A DNA stretch of 59,650 nt from Macrostomum lignano (lineage: Eukaryota), in the NCBI GenBank assembly GCA_002269645.1, contig NIVC01004117.1, positions 1 through 59,650 on the forward strand, given 5' to 3'. This document shows, one piece after another, positions 59,310-59,650 of the stretch. The position numbers and the translations under genes were made by a program. The number at the start of each line of letters is the position of its first letter. Positions within the stretch are counted from its first letter, which is position 1. Under the pieces are notes generated by a model. The model was not told the origin of the DNA and made no database searches. It worked only from the letters and a program-made list of their open reading frames with translations.

Positions 59310-59552
59310 CAGTGCCTGCTTGGCGATCTAGCCATTTCTGGAATAATAATGTGTCTGTCAATGACAGTGCAGGGTTTAGTTTATCGGCAAGGATGGCATT
59401 AGCATCAGAATATATGGTTATCATTTATGTCTTATATAAAAGCAATAATAGTTTATAAGGTAAAACAAGATCATAAATTTGAATGTTATATACTTACCTG
59501 ACAGTGCAATAACCACAGATATGAGAATGACTAGATATGTCGCTCGCAACAT
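59310..59552 (-). CDS. Two small exons (59498-59552, 59310-59337) encoding signal-peptide-like MLRATYLVILISVVIALS-E-MARSPSRH
   Basis: ATG at 59552, GTAAGT donor (phase 1), matching TTCCAG acceptor, then a GTGAGT donor. Downstream connection uncertain. Confidence 0.4.
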
Positions 59553-59650
59553 GCGGTGAAGTTTTACAAGATGTTTAAAGTTCTTTAAAATTCAACAATC
59601 ACCTCTGGCTTTCTACAAGCAGACCCATTTAATTAGCATCTTCATCCTGT

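Overview
Eukaryotic (animal) genomic DNA with spliced genes and minisatellite-filled introns. A flatworm such as Macrostomum is my inference from gene and repeat style, not a demonstrated result. The main feature is a full-length 14,928-bp Polinton/Maverick (adintovirus-like) endogenous virus at 6896-21823. It has ~0.96-0.98-kb near-identical TIRs (5'-AGTAG...CTACT-3'), a 6-bp TSD (GACAAT), and a complete gene set: rve integrase, protein-primed PolB, adenain-type protease, A32/FtsK ATPase, major and minor capsid, PLA2-like, pX-like, membrane and coiled-coil proteins, plus an 80-aa ORF carried in both TIRs. About 20 frameshifts in the element are all single-base losses, mostly in homopolymers or doublets, and the same signature appears in host genes. 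This points to assembly error over an intact, young element. The virus sits in a 17-bp host minisatellite, inside what appears to be the only intron of a host gene for a signal-peptide/LRR/GPI-tail protein (exons 4826-5825 and 22615-22835). The rest of the window holds a 7-exon calponin-like gene, a small orphan single-pass membrane gene head-to-head with an intron-poor ~2,500-aa ferlin, an Olig/bHLHe22-like gene lacking loop-helix 2, asparaginyl-tRNA synthetase, a low-complexity RRM gene, MITE-like elements and many tandem repeats. Two of those tandem arrays share a CGATA-N2-TATCG palindromic core. All gene models, alignments and family calls were made by eye; no searches were run.
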